DNA of 64,000 nucleotides from an uncultured Chloroflexia bacterium (GTDB taxonomy: Bacteria; Chloroflexota; Limnocylindria; Limnocylindrales; CSP1-4): NCBI GenBank assembly GCA_963748625.1, contig CAVVJT010000010.1, positions 576,001 through 640,000 on the forward strand. Reading direction: 5' to 3'. A model generated the notes under the pieces. The model saw nothing but the letters and a program-made list of their open reading frames with translations. It had not been told where the DNA came from and ran no database searches. Position 1 is the first letter of the stretch. Each line of letters begins with the position of its first letter. The position numbers were made by a program, and so were the translations under genes. Positions 1 to 9,937 of this stretch are shown here, piece by piece.

Positions 1-1157
1 TGGCGGGCCTTCCGGCGGGTTGGCTGGACCGGAGGGACCCCCGTGACCGGCGGTGCGGACGCGGCACCGGGCAGCGGCCCGGCACCAGGCACGGCGCCCG
101 TCCCGTCGCCCGGCACGTCACCCGGCAGGGCGGCGCCACGAGGAGGGGCGCTCGAGCGCCGGATGATCAGCTCGAACGGAAGGATCACCGACTCGCCCGA
201 CGGCGCCTGGCTGCCGGTGATGTGGTCGAGCAGCAGCGTCGCTGCCCGGTAGCCGATCTCGTAGGCGGGCTGGCGCGCGACGGTCAGGAACGGCTCGGAG
301 ATCCACTCCTCGGGCAGGTCGTCGAACGCGACCACCGAGATGTCGTCCGGCACCCGCAGGCCGGACTCGCGCAACGCGCGGATGGCACCGAAGCCGATGA
401 AGTTGTTGGCGCAGAAGACTGCGGTCGGCCGTTCACCCGGTGCCTCGAGCATCTCGAGCGCCATGCGGTGGCCGTCGGCCTGGTTGCTCTTGCCGTAGTT
501 GAAGCCGCCGTAGCGGACCAGGTCATCGGGCAGCGCCAGGCCGGCCTCTTCAAGAGCCCGGCGGGCGCCCGCGACGCGGTCCGCGGAGGTGGAGATGGTC
601 CCGGACCCCGTGAGCACCGCGATGCGGCGGTGGCCCAGTTCGACGAGGTGCTGGACGAGGGCGTGGGCGCCGGCCTCGGAGTCGCAGCGGACGCTGTCGA
701 CGTTGCGGGCCGCGACGCGACGGTCGATGACGACCACCGGGACGTGGTGGCCTCCAAGGAGCCGGAAGCTCTCCCCGGAGCTGCGCGCCGGGACGAGGAG
801 CACCCCGTCGATCTGGCGCTCGATCAGCATCAGGAGGTATCGCTCCTCCTCTGCCGCATCCTCGTCGGTGTTGCAGAACATGACGGAGTAGCCGTGGCTG
901 ACGAAGAAGTCCTCGACGCCGCGGGCGATCGTGGTGAAGAAGGGGTTGGAGATGTCCGACACCAGGAGCGCGATGGACTTGGTGCGCTTGGAGCGGAGCT
1001 GTCGGGCCAGGGCGTTGGGCACGTAGCCCAGCTCGTCGATGGCCGCCTCCACGCGGACGCGGGTCTCGGCGCTCGTGTACCCGGTGCCGTTGACGACCCG
1101 CGAGACGGTCATCGCGGAGACACCGGCGCGCTTCGCGACGTCGCTGATGGTGCTCAT
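1..1157 (-). CDS. LacI-family transcriptional regulator (3' end runs off the window)
   Basis: Translated by hand from ATG at 1157: MSTISDVAKRAGVSAMTVSRVVN (LacI HTH), YVPNALARQL hinge, and a sugar-binding domain (PDDISVVAFDD, LTVARQP). I found no in-frame stop before the window edge, which explains its absence from the ORF track. Confidence 0.93.
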   Translation of the reverse strand, partial: MSTISDVAKRAGVSAMTVSRVVNGTGYTSAETRVRVEAAIDELGYVPNALARQLRSKRTKSIALLVSDISNPFFTTIARGVEDFFVSHGYSVMFCNTDEDAAEEERYLLMLIERQIDGVLLVPARSSGESFRLLGGHHVPVVVIDRRVAARNVDSVRCDSEAGAHALVQHLVELGHRRIAVLTGSGTISTSADRVAGARRALEEAGLALPDDLVRYGGFNYGKSNQADGHRMALEMLEAPGERPTAVFCANNFIGFGAIRALRESGLRVPDDISVVAFDDLPEEWISEPFLTVARQPAYEIGYRAATLLLDHITGSQAPSGESVILPFELIIRRSSAPPRGAALPGDVPGDGTGAVPGAGPLPGAASAPPVTGVPPVQPTRRKAR

Positions 1158-1204
1158 CGGGAGGGTGGTACCTGGCTCGGGAGGAGGGACGGGCCGGTTG
1201 GAGT

Positions 1205-1237
1205 TCGGGGGCTGTCCGCGGTGCGGGCAGCCCCCGA
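1205..1237 (-). terminator. GC-rich hairpin downstream of the ABC operon
   Basis: TCGGGGGCTGTCCGC-GGT-GCGGGCAGCCCCCGA inverted repeat 35 bp after the binding-protein stop. There is no clear U-tract. Confidence 0.55.
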
Positions 1238-1271
1238 GACGTTCGCTCAGATCAGGCCGGAGCCGATCGGC

Positions 1272-2261
1272 TTACTTGTAGAGGACCGCCTGGATCTCGG
1301 GGTTCTCGATGTTGGTCTTGTCGTACCAGTAGTAGCCGGTGTCGATGATCTTCTCCATGGACTTGCCGGCGATGGCGTCCATGGCGGCGGAGACGCACTT
1401 GGCGCCGATGCCGATGGGGTTCTGGGTGATCGCGCCGGCCTCGGTGCCGTCGTTGATCGCGGTGATCTGCTGCTCGCCGGAGTCGTAGCCGATGGCCACG
1501 ATGTCGGACTTGCCAGTCTCCTTGAGCGAGTTGAGGATGCCCTTGATGGAGCCCTCATTCGCGCCGAAGAAGCCCTTGAGGTCCGGGTTGGCCGTCATGA
1601 TGGCCTTGGCAAGGTCGCCCGACTTGACCGGGTCGCCCGCGCCGTACTCGATCGCGACGACTTCGATGTTGGGGTGCTTCTCTTCCATCGCCTTGACGAA
1701 GCCGTCGCGGCGGTCGATGCCCGTGCGGGAGGTCTGGTCGTGGACGATGACCGCAACCTTGCCGGCGTCGCCGATGAGCTTCGCCATCTGGTCAGCGGCC
1801 TCGCCGGCGGCCGCGATGTTGTCGGTGGTGACGGTGGTGACCGGGATTTCGCTGTCGACACCGCTGTCGAAGCCGACGACCGGGATACCGGCAGCCTTGG
1901 CCTTCTCGAGCAGCGGCGTGGCGGCCTTGCTGTCGAGGGCAGCGAAGCAGATCGCCGCCGGCTTCTTGTCAAGCGCCGTCTGCAGCATGGTGAGCTGCTT
2001 GTCGACCTCGGACTCGGACGCCGGGCCCTCGTAGCTGATCGTGGCGCCAAGCTTGGCGGCCTCGTCGGTCGCGCCCTTCTGGACAGCCTGCCAGAACTGG
2101 TGCTGCGAGCCCTTGGAGACGATGGCGATGTACGGCGCCTCGCCGCCAGCAGCCGTTGTCGCTGCCGGGGCGGTCGTCGCGGCGCTGCCACCGCAGGCAG
2201 CCAGGAACGAGGCCATGACGATCGCGCCTGCGACCGGGGCCATGTAGCGGGTGAGCTTCAT
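1272..2261 (-). CDS. Sugar/polyol ABC transporter substrate-binding lipoprotein (RbsB-like)
   Basis: Start MKLTRY with a GGAGGAG SD; lipobox LAAC; motifs HQFWQAVQKGA, GFDSG, TDN, RRDGF, TQNP. Confidence 0.92.
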   Translation of the reverse strand: MKLTRYMAPVAGAIVMASFLAACGGSAATTAPAATTAAGGEAPYIAIVSKGSQHQFWQAVQKGATDEAAKLGATISYEGPASESEVDKQLTMLQTALDKKPAAICFAALDSKAATPLLEKAKAAGIPVVGFDSGVDSEIPVTTVTTDNIAAAGEAADQMAKLIGDAGKVAVIVHDQTSRTGIDRRDGFVKAMEEKHPNIEVVAIEYGAGDPVKSGDLAKAIMTANPDLKGFFGANEGSIKGILNSLKETGKSDIVAIGYDSGEQQITAINDGTEAGAITQNPIGIGAKCVSAAMDAIAGKSMEKIIDTGYYWYDKTNIENPEIQAVLYK

Positions 2262-2365
2262 GCTCCTCCTCCGTGAAAGTGGTTGACCTGCCGAGCCGGG
2301 GCCGCCCGAAGATCGGCTGCCCGGCGCCTGGTCCGGATGGATGTGGGCCGGAGGCCCGTGGTGCG

Positions 2366-3352
2366 TTACCCGCGCCGGCGGCGACGGGCGATGTCGAGCC
2401 AGACGGCGCCGATGACCACGAGGCCCGTGATCACCAGCTTCCACTGGTCGGGAACGCCGATGATGGACAGGCCGATCGTCAGCGTGCTGATGATGAACGC
2501 GCCGATGATCGTGCCGAAGATGCTGCCCTCGCCGCCGGACAGTGACGTGCCGCCGATGACGGCCGCGGCGATCGCATCAAGCTCGTAGCCCATGCCGACC
2601 GACGGCTGGGCCGAGTTCATGCGCGAGGCGATGAGGACGCCCGCGAGGCCCGAGAAGAGGCCGCCCAAGGTGTAGACGGCGATCTTCCAGCGGTCCACGT
2701 TGACACCGGAGAGGCGGGTCGCCTCCTCGTTGGAGCCGAGTGCGAAGGTGTAGCGCCCGAGGGTGGTCTTGGTCAGGATGAGGCTGGCCACGATGGCCGC
2801 CCCGAACATGATGAACACGGTGTTCGGGATGCCCAGGATGAACTTGCCCATGAAGAACTCGTAGAACGCCGGCGTGCCATCGAAGTAGATGGGCTTGACG
2901 TCCGAGAGGATCTGGGCGAGACCGCGGGTGACGTTGAGCATGCCGAGGGTGGCGATGAACGGGGGCAGCTTCGCCTTGGCGATGAGCAGGCCGTTCACGA
3001 GGCCGACCGCCATGCCCGCGAGCAGGGCGGCGGGGATGCCCAGCCAGAGCGGGAACCCGGCGTTGGTGACGACGAGGCCCATGCAGACCGATGCGAAGGT
3101 CATCGTGGTGCCGACGGACAGGTCGATGCCGCCGGTGATGATGACGAACGTCACGCCCATGGCGAGCACACCGTTGACCGCGGTGGCGACCAGGATCGAG
3201 ATGTAGTTGTCGAGCGTCCTGAAGGGCGCCGAGATGGCGGAGAAGAAGATCAGCAGGATCAGCAGGCCGCCCAGCGCCAGCACCTGCTGGAGCGAGTCGC
3301 CGCCGAGCGCGGACTTGAACCGCGACTTGCCGACTCCGGTCGTCATGGCCAT
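2366..3352 (-). CDS. Sugar ABC transporter permease (RbsC-like)
   Basis: GGIDLSVG, PPFIATLGM, GSNEEATRLSG, YELDAIAAAVIGGTSLSGG; multiple TM helices. Confidence 0.95.
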   Translation of the reverse strand: MAMTTGVGKSRFKSALGGDSLQQVLALGGLLILLIFFSAISAPFRTLDNYISILVATAVNGVLAMGVTFVIITGGIDLSVGTTMTFASVCMGLVVTNAGFPLWLGIPAALLAGMAVGLVNGLLIAKAKLPPFIATLGMLNVTRGLAQILSDVKPIYFDGTPAFYEFFMGKFILGIPNTVFIMFGAAIVASLILTKTTLGRYTFALGSNEEATRLSGVNVDRWKIAVYTLGGLFSGLAGVLIASRMNSAQPSVGMGYELDAIAAAVIGGTSLSGGEGSIFGTIIGAFIISTLTIGLSIIGVPDQWKLVITGLVVIGAVWLDIARRRRRG

Positions 3353-3412
3353 CGGACTGTTGCCCTCGTCTGGTCGGTTCGGGTGGTCAGGTTAGGTGGT
3401 CGTGTTCGGGGG

Positions 3413-4921
3413 TCAGGCGGCCGCGATCGACTCGCGCTGGGTGGCGTACGTCATGATCCGCTCCTGCGACGCCTCGGCGGCGGAGAGCTCCCCGGTGATG
3501 CGCCCTTCGCACATCACGAGGATCCGGTGGCTCATGCGCAGGATCTCGGGCAGCTCGGAGCTGATCATGATCACGGACTTGCCCTGGCGGGCCAGGTCGT
3601 TGAGGAGGCGGTAGATCTCGCTCTTCGCGCCGACGTCGATGCCACGGGTGGGCTCGTCGAAGATCAGGATGTCGGTGTCGGCGGTCAGCCACTTGGCGAT
3701 GACCACCTTCTGCTGGTTGCCGCCGGAGAGGTTCTTCACCTTCTGCTTGATGCCCGGCGTCTTGATCGCAAGGCTCTGGACGTACTCCAGCGCGTTCTGC
3801 CTCGTACGTGCAAACCTGATCGTGCCCAGGGGCCCGGTGAACTTGCTCAGGCTGGCCATCGCCGTGTTGGCCTCGACGTCCATCGGGAGCGCGAGGCCAT
3901 AGCGCTTGCGATCCTCGGACAGGTAGGCGATGCCGGCATGAACGGCGTCCTGGGGGGTCTTGATCGAGACGGCCTTGCCGTGGATCAGGATCTCGCCGGA
4001 GTCCTTGGCATCCGCCCCGAACACCGCGCGCATCACCTCGGTCCGGCCGGCGCCCACGAGACCCGCCACGCCGAGAATCTCGCCCCTGCGCAGCTGGAAG
4101 CTCACGTCACGGATCACGCGACCCCGGTTGAGGTTGCGGACCTCGAGGACGACCTCCTGGCTGGGGTTCTCGGGCAGCTCCGGCGACTCCTCGAAGATGG
4201 TCCGGCCGACCATCATGGAGATGATGTCCTGGATGGTCACGTCGGCCGTGGTCACGGTGTCGATGAACTTGCCGTCCCGCATGACCGTGACACGGTCGGT
4301 GATCTTCTTGAGCTCCTCGAGGCGGTGCGAGATGTGCACGATGCCGTGGCCGCGCTCGCGCAGGTGGCGCGTGATGCGGAAGAGCTCCTCGATCTCGGTC
4401 TCGGTCAGGGCGGCGGTCGGCTCGTCCATGATCAGGACGTCCGGGTTGTAGGAGAACGCCTTGGCGATCTCCACCATCTGCTGCTGCGCAACCGCCAGGC
4501 CGGAGACCCGCGCGTGCGGATCGAGGTGGATGTGGAGCTCCTGGAACAGCTCCTCGGCCTTGCGGTTGAGGGCCTTCTCCTTGAGCACGAACCCCACGCG
4601 CGGCTCGCGCCCGATGAAGATGTTCTGGGCAACGGTGAGGTGGCCCGCGAGGTTGAGCTCCTGGTGGATGATCGCGATGCCCAGGGCCTGCGCCGCGCGC
4701 GGGTTGGGGATGTCGACCTCCTGGCCCCTCACCTTGATGGTGCCCCCGTCGCGCTTGTAGATGCCCGACAGGACCTTCATCAGGGTGGACTTGCCGGCGC
4801 CGTTCTCGCCAACGAGCGCGTGGACCTCACCGGATCGGAGCTCGAAGCGCGCGTTGTCGAGCGCGTGCACACCCGGGAAGCTCTTGGAGATGTCCATCAT
4901 CTCGACCAGGAGTTCGCCCAT
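3413..4921 (-). CDS. Sugar ABC transporter ATP-binding protein (RbsA-like, two ABC domains)
   Basis: GENGAGKST Walker [13 protein letters not shown] signature, [12 protein letters not shown]. Confidence 0.96.
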   Translation of the reverse strand: MGELLVEMMDISKSFPGVHALDNARFELRSGEVHALVGENGAGKSTLMKVLSGIYKRDGGTIKVRGQEVDIPNPRAAQALGIAIIHQELNLAGHLTVAQNIFIGREPRVGFVLKEKALNRKAEELFQELHIHLDPHARVSGLAVAQQQMVEIAKAFSYNPDVLIMDEPTAALTETEIEELFRITRHLRERGHGIVHISHRLEELKKITDRVTVMRDGKFIDTVTTADVTIQDIISMMVGRTIFEESPELPENPSQEVVLEVRNLNRGRVIRDVSFQLRRGEILGVAGLVGAGRTEVMRAVFGADAKDSGEILIHGKAVSIKTPQDAVHAGIAYLSEDRKRYGLALPMDVEANTAMASLSKFTGPLGTIRFARTRQNALEYVQSLAIKTPGIKQKVKNLSGGNQQKVVIAKWLTADTDILIFDEPTRGIDVGAKSEIYRLLNDLARQGKSVIMISSELPEILRMSHRILVMCEGRITGELSAAEASQERIMTYATQRESIAAA

Positions 4922-4972
4922 CGCGGATCCTCTGCAGGGGGAGCGGCGGCCGACCGGGTGTCGGGAGGGTTG

Positions 4973-4999
4973 TGTTACCGGTATCAGTTATCGATAACA
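4973..4999. promoter_or_regulatory. Tandem LacI-type operators
   Basis: TGTTACCGGTATCA (4973-4986) abuts AGTTATCGATAACA (4986-4999, containing the perfect palindrome GTTATCGATAAC). Both are CG-centred palindromes ~50-80 bp upstream of the ABC operon, which ends in a LacI gene. Confidence 0.75.
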
Positions 5000-5089
5000 C
5001 GCGGCACAATACCGCACCCGTCAAGGGTTTGCATAGTGTTTTCGCAGGGTTTCTGGACGGTTGCACGTGGCGGGGTCCCGGCCCGTGGT

Positions 5090-5125
5090 CGGCTCGTCCG
5101 CGGCTCGTCCTCGGCTCGTCCGCGG
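5090..5125. repeat. 11-bp tandem repeat (CGGCTCGTCCG/T x3)
   Basis: Read directly from the sequence. Confidence 0.8.
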
Positions 5126-5155
5126 TGGCGCCGGGCAGGTCGCGCGCCAGCGGCA

Positions 5156-5277
5156 TCGTGCCCCATCACGGGGGCGTTCTGGCACCGCTCACGCACGCGG
5201 TGCGCACGCAACCTGTGGTTTCGCCCCCGGTCCGTGCTCAGCCTGCCGCGAAACGCCCCCCACGTGGGGCGCGACGC
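5156..5277. repeat. 122-bp palindromic (REPIN/MITE-like) element, copy 1
   Basis: Near-identical to 5381-5502. The ~45-bp ends are imperfect inverted repeats, each containing its own small hairpin. Confidence 0.85.
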
Positions 5278-5380
5278 TCACAAGCGCCCGGTGAGTGCGG
5301 CGGCGCATCGATTCGCACCGTACCCGGCGACCCCTCCACGAGACGATCTGGCCGGCCTGACTCGGCATGGACCACTGGCC

Positions 5381-5502
5381 TCGTGCCCCACCACGGGGGC
5401 GTTCTGGCAACGCTCACGCACGCGCTGCGCACGCAACCTGTGGTTTCGCCCCCAGTCCGTGCTCAGCCTGCCGCGAAACGCCCCCCACGTGGGGCGCGAC
5501 GC
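5381..5502. repeat. 122-bp palindromic (REPIN/MITE-like) element, copy 2
   Basis: Direct repeat of 5156-5277 with a few substitutions. Confidence 0.85.
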
Positions 5503-5527
5503 CCCCGCGGCGCGGACCCTTCGCCCC

Positions 5528-6538
5528 TCACCTGTCGCAGCGGATGACGACCTTGTGTCCATCGCGCCGCACGGCGGTCCCGAACGCGGCTCCTGCCTCG
5601 GCCAGCGGGAACCGGTGGCTCACCACGGCGCCCGGATCCACCCGCCCGCTGACCGCAAGGGCGATGGCCTCGTCATGGACGCGGTTCATCCGCCGCGCGA
5701 ACCGCAGGTCCGCGCCCTTGCGACGAAGCACCGAGACCGGGATCACGGCCTCGTTGCCCACCGGGATCCCGGCGACCACGACCACACCTGCAGGCCGCAC
5801 GAGCGCGGCTGCCGTCGCCACGGCGTCATCATCCCCGGCGATCTCGATCGCCACATCGACCGGGCGCCCGCCCAGGGCATCGAGCAACCGGACCCGCTCC
5901 TCTCCCCCGTCCACGAGCTCCGCGTGCGCACCCTCGGCACGAGCCGCGAGGACGCGATGGGGCAACCGGTCGGTCGCGACCACGCTCGTGGCGCCGGCCG
6001 CGAAGGCGAGGCGGATGAGCAGGCGCCCGATGGGCCCGGCGCCCAGGACCGCCACCGTCCCGCCGGGCGCGAACCTGGCGAGCCGGAACGCGTGGAGCGC
6101 CACCCCGAGCGGCTCCAGCATCGCGGCGGCGTCATCGTCCAGGGCGTCGGGCACCCGGACGAGGCGGTCCTGCGGCCACGCGATGAGCTCACGCAGGGCC
6201 CCGTCAGTGTCGCTGTGGCCCAGGAACCGCACGTTCGGACAGAGATGGCCGAGGCCGCGTGCGCAGGTCGGGCAGGCCTCGCACGCGAGGTTGGGATCGA
6301 TGGCCACCCGCTCCCCTGAGCGCGGACCCGATGCGATGACACCTGCCGCCTCGTGGCCCAGCACGAGCGGCCGCTCAAGGTGCGCGTCCCCGATGCCCGA
6401 CTGGTCGTACCAGTGGAGATCCGAGCCGCAGATTCCCACCGCCGTCACGCGCACGAGCACCTCGCCCGGGCCCGCCTCTGGGGCCGGCTCGTCGGTGATG
6501 CGGATGTCGCCGGCCCCGTGGAGACGCGCGGTTCGCAT
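5528..6538 (-). CDS. Zn-dependent polyol (sorbitol/xylitol-type) dehydrogenase, MDR family
   Basis: GICGSDLH, GHE, CxxCxxC-x7-C structural zinc site, GAGPIG NAD-binding motif; GGAGGA SD. Confidence 0.9.
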   Translation of the reverse strand: MRTARLHGAGDIRITDEPAPEAGPGEVLVRVTAVGICGSDLHWYDQSGIGDAHLERPLVLGHEAAGVIASGPRSGERVAIDPNLACEACPTCARGLGHLCPNVRFLGHSDTDGALRELIAWPQDRLVRVPDALDDDAAAMLEPLGVALHAFRLARFAPGGTVAVLGAGPIGRLLIRLAFAAGATSVVATDRLPHRVLAARAEGAHAELVDGGEERVRLLDALGGRPVDVAIEIAGDDDAVATAAALVRPAGVVVVAGIPVGNEAVIPVSVLRRKGADLRFARRMNRVHDEAIALAVSGRVDPGAVVSHRFPLAEAGAAFGTAVRRDGHKVVIRCDR

Positions 6539-6562
6539 GGCAGTCCTCCGGTGGTGACCTGC

Positions 6563-6664
6563 TCAGGCGCCCGCGAAGAACGCGAACAGGCGCGCACCGG
6601 CGAGAACCCCGGCAACCATCGCGGCGACCATGGCCAGGTGCACGAGCGGACGGGGCAGGCTCAT
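6563..6664 (-). CDS. Small hydrophobic protein (33 aa)
   Basis: MSLPRPLVHLAMVAAMVAGVLAGARLFAFFAGA. Its ATG overlaps the upstream TGA (ATGA), codons are GC3-rich, and it fills the intergenic gap. Confidence 0.6.
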   Translation of the reverse strand: MSLPRPLVHLAMVAAMVAGVLAGARLFAFFAGA

Positions 6665-7557
6665 TGGCGGCTCTCCAGCTCGCGCACGATGGCGTCCTTC
6701 GCGGTCTCGTACTCGGCGGGCTCCAGGAGCCCCCGGTCCCGCATGTCGCCCAGGCGCTCGAGGCGGTCGAGCAGCGCCTGGGTGCCCTCGTCGAATTCCG
6801 CGGACCCACCGCCCGCAGGGTCGGGCTGCGCGGCGCCCGGATCGGTCTGCACGCCAGCCGCATCGGCGACCTCGTCGGGCACCAGCGCCGGCGTCACGGC
6901 CTCGACCTTGTCGAGCGCGGCCTCCATCGCTGCCGCGATCGCGGCCATCTGCTCGCGGGCCTCGGGATCGTCGGCAGGGACGACCCGCACGCCATCAGGT
7001 CCCACGATGCGGATGATGGTCCCGGTGGCGGGATCCGGCTCGTACGGCAGCTTCGCCGCCTTGCGTGCCGCGCGGTTCGCCACGGCATCCGCCGGCGCCG
7101 CCTTGAGCGCGGCCCCCAGCGGCACAAGGGCGACCAGCGGGCCCGCGGCCATGAGCCAGAACATGACCCCGCAGATCGCCCAGCCCCACTCGATCTGGCC
7201 GAAGGGCGGGGCGAACACGCCGTACTGCATGAAGTTCCACCCGAGCGCCCCGAACAGCGCCGACCAGCCGAGCAGGGGCGCGCCAGCCCAGATCCCGCCC
7301 ACCCGGACGCCGTAGCCCGTGGCGATGGCGCCGAACAGGAACAGGCCGAAGATGCCGAGGAACATCGAGGGCATCGCCGCATCCGGACAGCCCTGGGCGA
7401 TGACGTACGGGCCACCCTCGGCGCAGTACCCGCCGATGTCCATCACGGTCCGCATCCCGAGGAAGAGCAGCGTGATGCACATGGCGCCCCCGGCATAGCC
7501 GAGGGCCGCGAGGGCCACCACCTTGGCCGGGACGCCGGCCTTCGCTGCGTCTGCCAT
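6661..7557 (-). CDS. Membrane protein with C-terminal SHOCT domain
   Basis: About four TM helices, a GGYCAEGGPY..CP loop, and C-terminal LERLGDMRDRGLLEPAEYETAK (SHOCT); GGAGGT SD. Confidence 0.8.
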   Translation of the reverse strand: MADAAKAGVPAKVVALAALGYAGGAMCITLLFLGMRTVMDIGGYCAEGGPYVIAQGCPDAAMPSMFLGIFGLFLFGAIATGYGVRVGGIWAGAPLLGWSALFGALGWNFMQYGVFAPPFGQIEWGWAICGVMFWLMAAGPLVALVPLGAALKAAPADAVANRAARKAAKLPYEPDPATGTIIRIVGPDGVRVVPADDPEAREQMAAIAAAMEAALDKVEAVTPALVPDEVADAAGVQTDPGAAQPDPAGGGSAEFDEGTQALLDRLERLGDMRDRGLLEPAEYETAKDAIVRELESRQ

Positions 7558-7609
7558 GCCCACCTCCCGTGCGGCGTGGGAACCGGCGGGCCCTGCCCGC
7601 CCCCGTGCA

Positions 7610-9019
7610 CTACGGCCTGACGGCCGCCATCCTGTCGAGGATCAGGTGCTTCACGTTCTCGAGCGGCACGCGCTCCTGCGTCATCGAGTCGCGGTCGCGG
7701 ATTGTCACGGCGCCGTCCTCGAGGGAGTCCACGTCCACCGTCACGCACCACGGCGTGCCGATCTCGTCCTGGCGCCGGTACAGCTTGCCGATGGCCGCAG
7801 TGTCGTCGTAGACCGCCATCATGTCGCGCTTGAGGTCGCCGAGCAGCCGGTGGCACATCTCCACGATCTCGGGGCGCTTCTTGAGCAGCGGCAGCACGGC
7901 GACCTTGTATGGCGCGAGGTCCGGGTGAAGGCCGAGGACCACGCGGGTCTCGCCGCGGACCTCCTCCTCACGGTAGGCGTCGATGAGGAAGGTGAACGCC
8001 GCGCGATCGGCGCCGGCGGCCGTCTCCACGATCCACGGGATGAAGTGCTCGCCCGAAGCCTGGTCGAAGTACTCGAGGTTCTCGCCCGAAGCCTTCGCGT
8101 GGTTGCCCAGGTCGAAGTCGCCCCGGTTGTGGACGCCCTCGAGCTCCTTCCAGCCGAACGGGAAGCGGTACTCCACGTCGATCGCCTTCTTGGCGTAGTG
8201 GGCCAGCTCGTCCGACGCGTGCTCGCGGAAGCGCAGGCGGGCCGGGTTCACGCCGTACGCCTCGTACCAGGCCTTGCGCCGCGGCAGCCAGTACTCGAAC
8301 GCCTCCGATGCGCCCGTGTCCGGCCGGACGAAGTACTGCATCTCCATCTGCTCGAACTCCCGCATCCGGAACACGAAGTTGCCGGGCGAGATCTCGTTGC
8401 GGAAGGACTTGCCGATCTGCGCGATGCCGAAGGGGACCTTCTTGCGCGAGCTCTGCTGGACGTTCTTGAAGTTGACGTACGAGCCCTGGGCGGTCTCCGG
8501 GCGGAAGTAGACGACGTTGCCATCGTCCTCCACCGGACCCATGTGGCTGGTGAACATCAGGTTGAAGCGGCGCGGAGCCGAAAGCGGTTTGCCGTCGTTG
8601 GGGCACACCAGGCCGAGGCGCTGGCTCACCGTCTCATCGCGGAGGTCCGTCTGGGTCAGGTTCTCGGTGCCCGGCAGCTCGTCGAGGCGGTACCGGCGGC
8701 GGCACTCCGCGCACTCGACGAGCGGGTCGGAGAAGGAGCCCACGTGGCCCGACGTGACCCATACCTGGGGGTGCATCAGGATGCCGGCATCAAGCCCCAC
8801 GATGTCATTGCGGTCCTGGACCATCGCCCGCCACCACGCGCGCTTGACGTTGTTCTTCAGCTCCACGCCGAGGGGCCCGTAGTCCCACACAGCGTTGATG
8901 CCGCCGTAGATCTCCGACGACGGGAAGACGAAGCCGCGGCGCTTGGCCAGCGACACGATGGTCTCGAGGTTGGCGACAGCGGGCGCGACGGCGTTGGGAT
9001 CGACAGCGGGATCGGTCAC
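7610..9019 (-). CDS. glyQS: Glycine--tRNA ligase (alpha2 type)
   Basis: [51 protein letters not shown]. Start uncertain (GTG 9019 chosen). Confidence 0.95.
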   Translation of the reverse strand: MTDPAVDPNAVAPAVANLETIVSLAKRRGFVFPSSEIYGGINAVWDYGPLGVELKNNVKRAWWRAMVQDRNDIVGLDAGILMHPQVWVTSGHVGSFSDPLVECAECRRRYRLDELPGTENLTQTDLRDETVSQRLGLVCPNDGKPLSAPRRFNLMFTSHMGPVEDDGNVVYFRPETAQGSYVNFKNVQQSSRKKVPFGIAQIGKSFRNEISPGNFVFRMREFEQMEMQYFVRPDTGASEAFEYWLPRRKAWYEAYGVNPARLRFREHASDELAHYAKKAIDVEYRFPFGWKELEGVHNRGDFDLGNHAKASGENLEYFDQASGEHFIPWIVETAAGADRAAFTFLIDAYREEEVRGETRVVLGLHPDLAPYKVAVLPLLKKRPEIVEMCHRLLGDLKRDMMAVYDDTAAIGKLYRRQDEIGTPWCVTVDVDSLEDGAVTIRDRDSMTQERVPLENVKHLILDRMAAVRP

Positions 9020-9124
9020 GGGGTCAAGGGCTCCGAGGGCCCGCGGCCTTGGCAGGGACACGGGCAGGCGTGATGGGCGGTGGACGGAGCCCGATCGTAG
9101 CAGAGCGCCATGCCCGCCCCGTGC

Positions 9125-9937
9125 TCAGGTGCCGGTCTTGAACCGGTAGCCGACGCCGTACTCGGTGGCGATGAAGGCGCGCCCGGGCGACCCCTCCGCG
9201 AGCTTGTTGCGCAGGTTCCGCATCGTCACCCGCAACAGCTGCGTCTCCTCGCCGTAGGTGGGCCCCCACACGGCGCGCAGCAGGTCTGCATGCCCGATCG
9301 GCTCACCGGGGCGGGACGCGAGCACGACCAGGAGGCGGAACTCGGTCGGGGTGAGGTGGATCTCCCCAGTGACGCCGATGACCCGGCGGGCCGCCTGCTC
9401 GATCCGCAGACCGGGGTGCTCGAGCACGTCATCCCCGGCAGGCCGGGGCGCCGCGAGCTGGACGCGACGCAGGGCTGCCGCAACGCGGGCGACGAGCTCG
9501 GGCATGCGGACGGGCTTGGTGAGATAGTCGTCCGCCCCGGACTCGAGGCCCCGCACGACATCCCCCTCTCCGCCCATCGCGGTGACCATGAGGATCGGGA
9601 CCGTGCTGCGCACGCGGATCCACTGGGTGACCTCCCAGCCGCTCAGGCCCGGCAGGTTGAGGTCGAGAAGGACGAGATCCGGCGTCTCCTGCTCGAAGCG
9701 CCGCATCACCTCGAGCCCGTCGGCGGCCGTGGCGGTTCGCCAGCCGTGACGGCTGATCCACAGCTCCACCAGGTCACGGAACTCGGCCTCGTCCTCCACG
9801 ATCAGGACGAGCTCGCCATGACCGGGCACGGCCGGCTCCGGCACCGGCGGGGGCACGATGCGCCGGCGATCGGCCGGGCGCGCTCCTGCCGAACCGCCTG
9901 AGCCGGCCGCAGGCCCGGATCCTGACCGCGGGGTCAC
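9125..9937 (-). CDS. OmpR/KdpE-type response regulator
   Basis: VED..DLVLLDLNLP..GADDYLTKP receiver; LTPTEFRLL..GVGYRF winged helix; GTGA overlap with the kinase. Confidence 0.93.
   Translation of the reverse strand: MTPRSGSGPAAGSGGSAGARPADRRRIVPPPVPEPAVPGHGELVLIVEDEAEFRDLVELWISRHGWRTATAADGLEVMRRFEQETPDLVLLDLNLPGLSGWEVTQWIRVRSTVPILMVTAMGGEGDVVRGLESGADDYLTKPVRMPELVARVAAALRRVQLAAPRPAGDDVLEHPGLRIEQAARRVIGVTGEIHLTPTEFRLLVVLASRPGEPIGHADLLRAVWGPTYGEETQLLRVTMRNLRNKLAEGSPGRAFIATEYGVGYRFKTGT

Noticed and set aside
5156-5502. Repeat-spacer-repeat as a CRISPR array
   Set aside because: The repeats are 122 bp, there are only two copies, and no cas genes are present.
222-8606. Very long alternative ORFs (e.g. 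222-2276+, 3383-6319+, 7523-9073+) and similar ones across the window
   Set aside because: They are antisense or shifted-frame shadows of real genes, expected in high-GC DNA, and carry no family motifs.
9020-9124. T-box riboswitch upstream of glyQS
   Set aside because: Only ~105 bp is available and no T-box consensus or terminator is visible.
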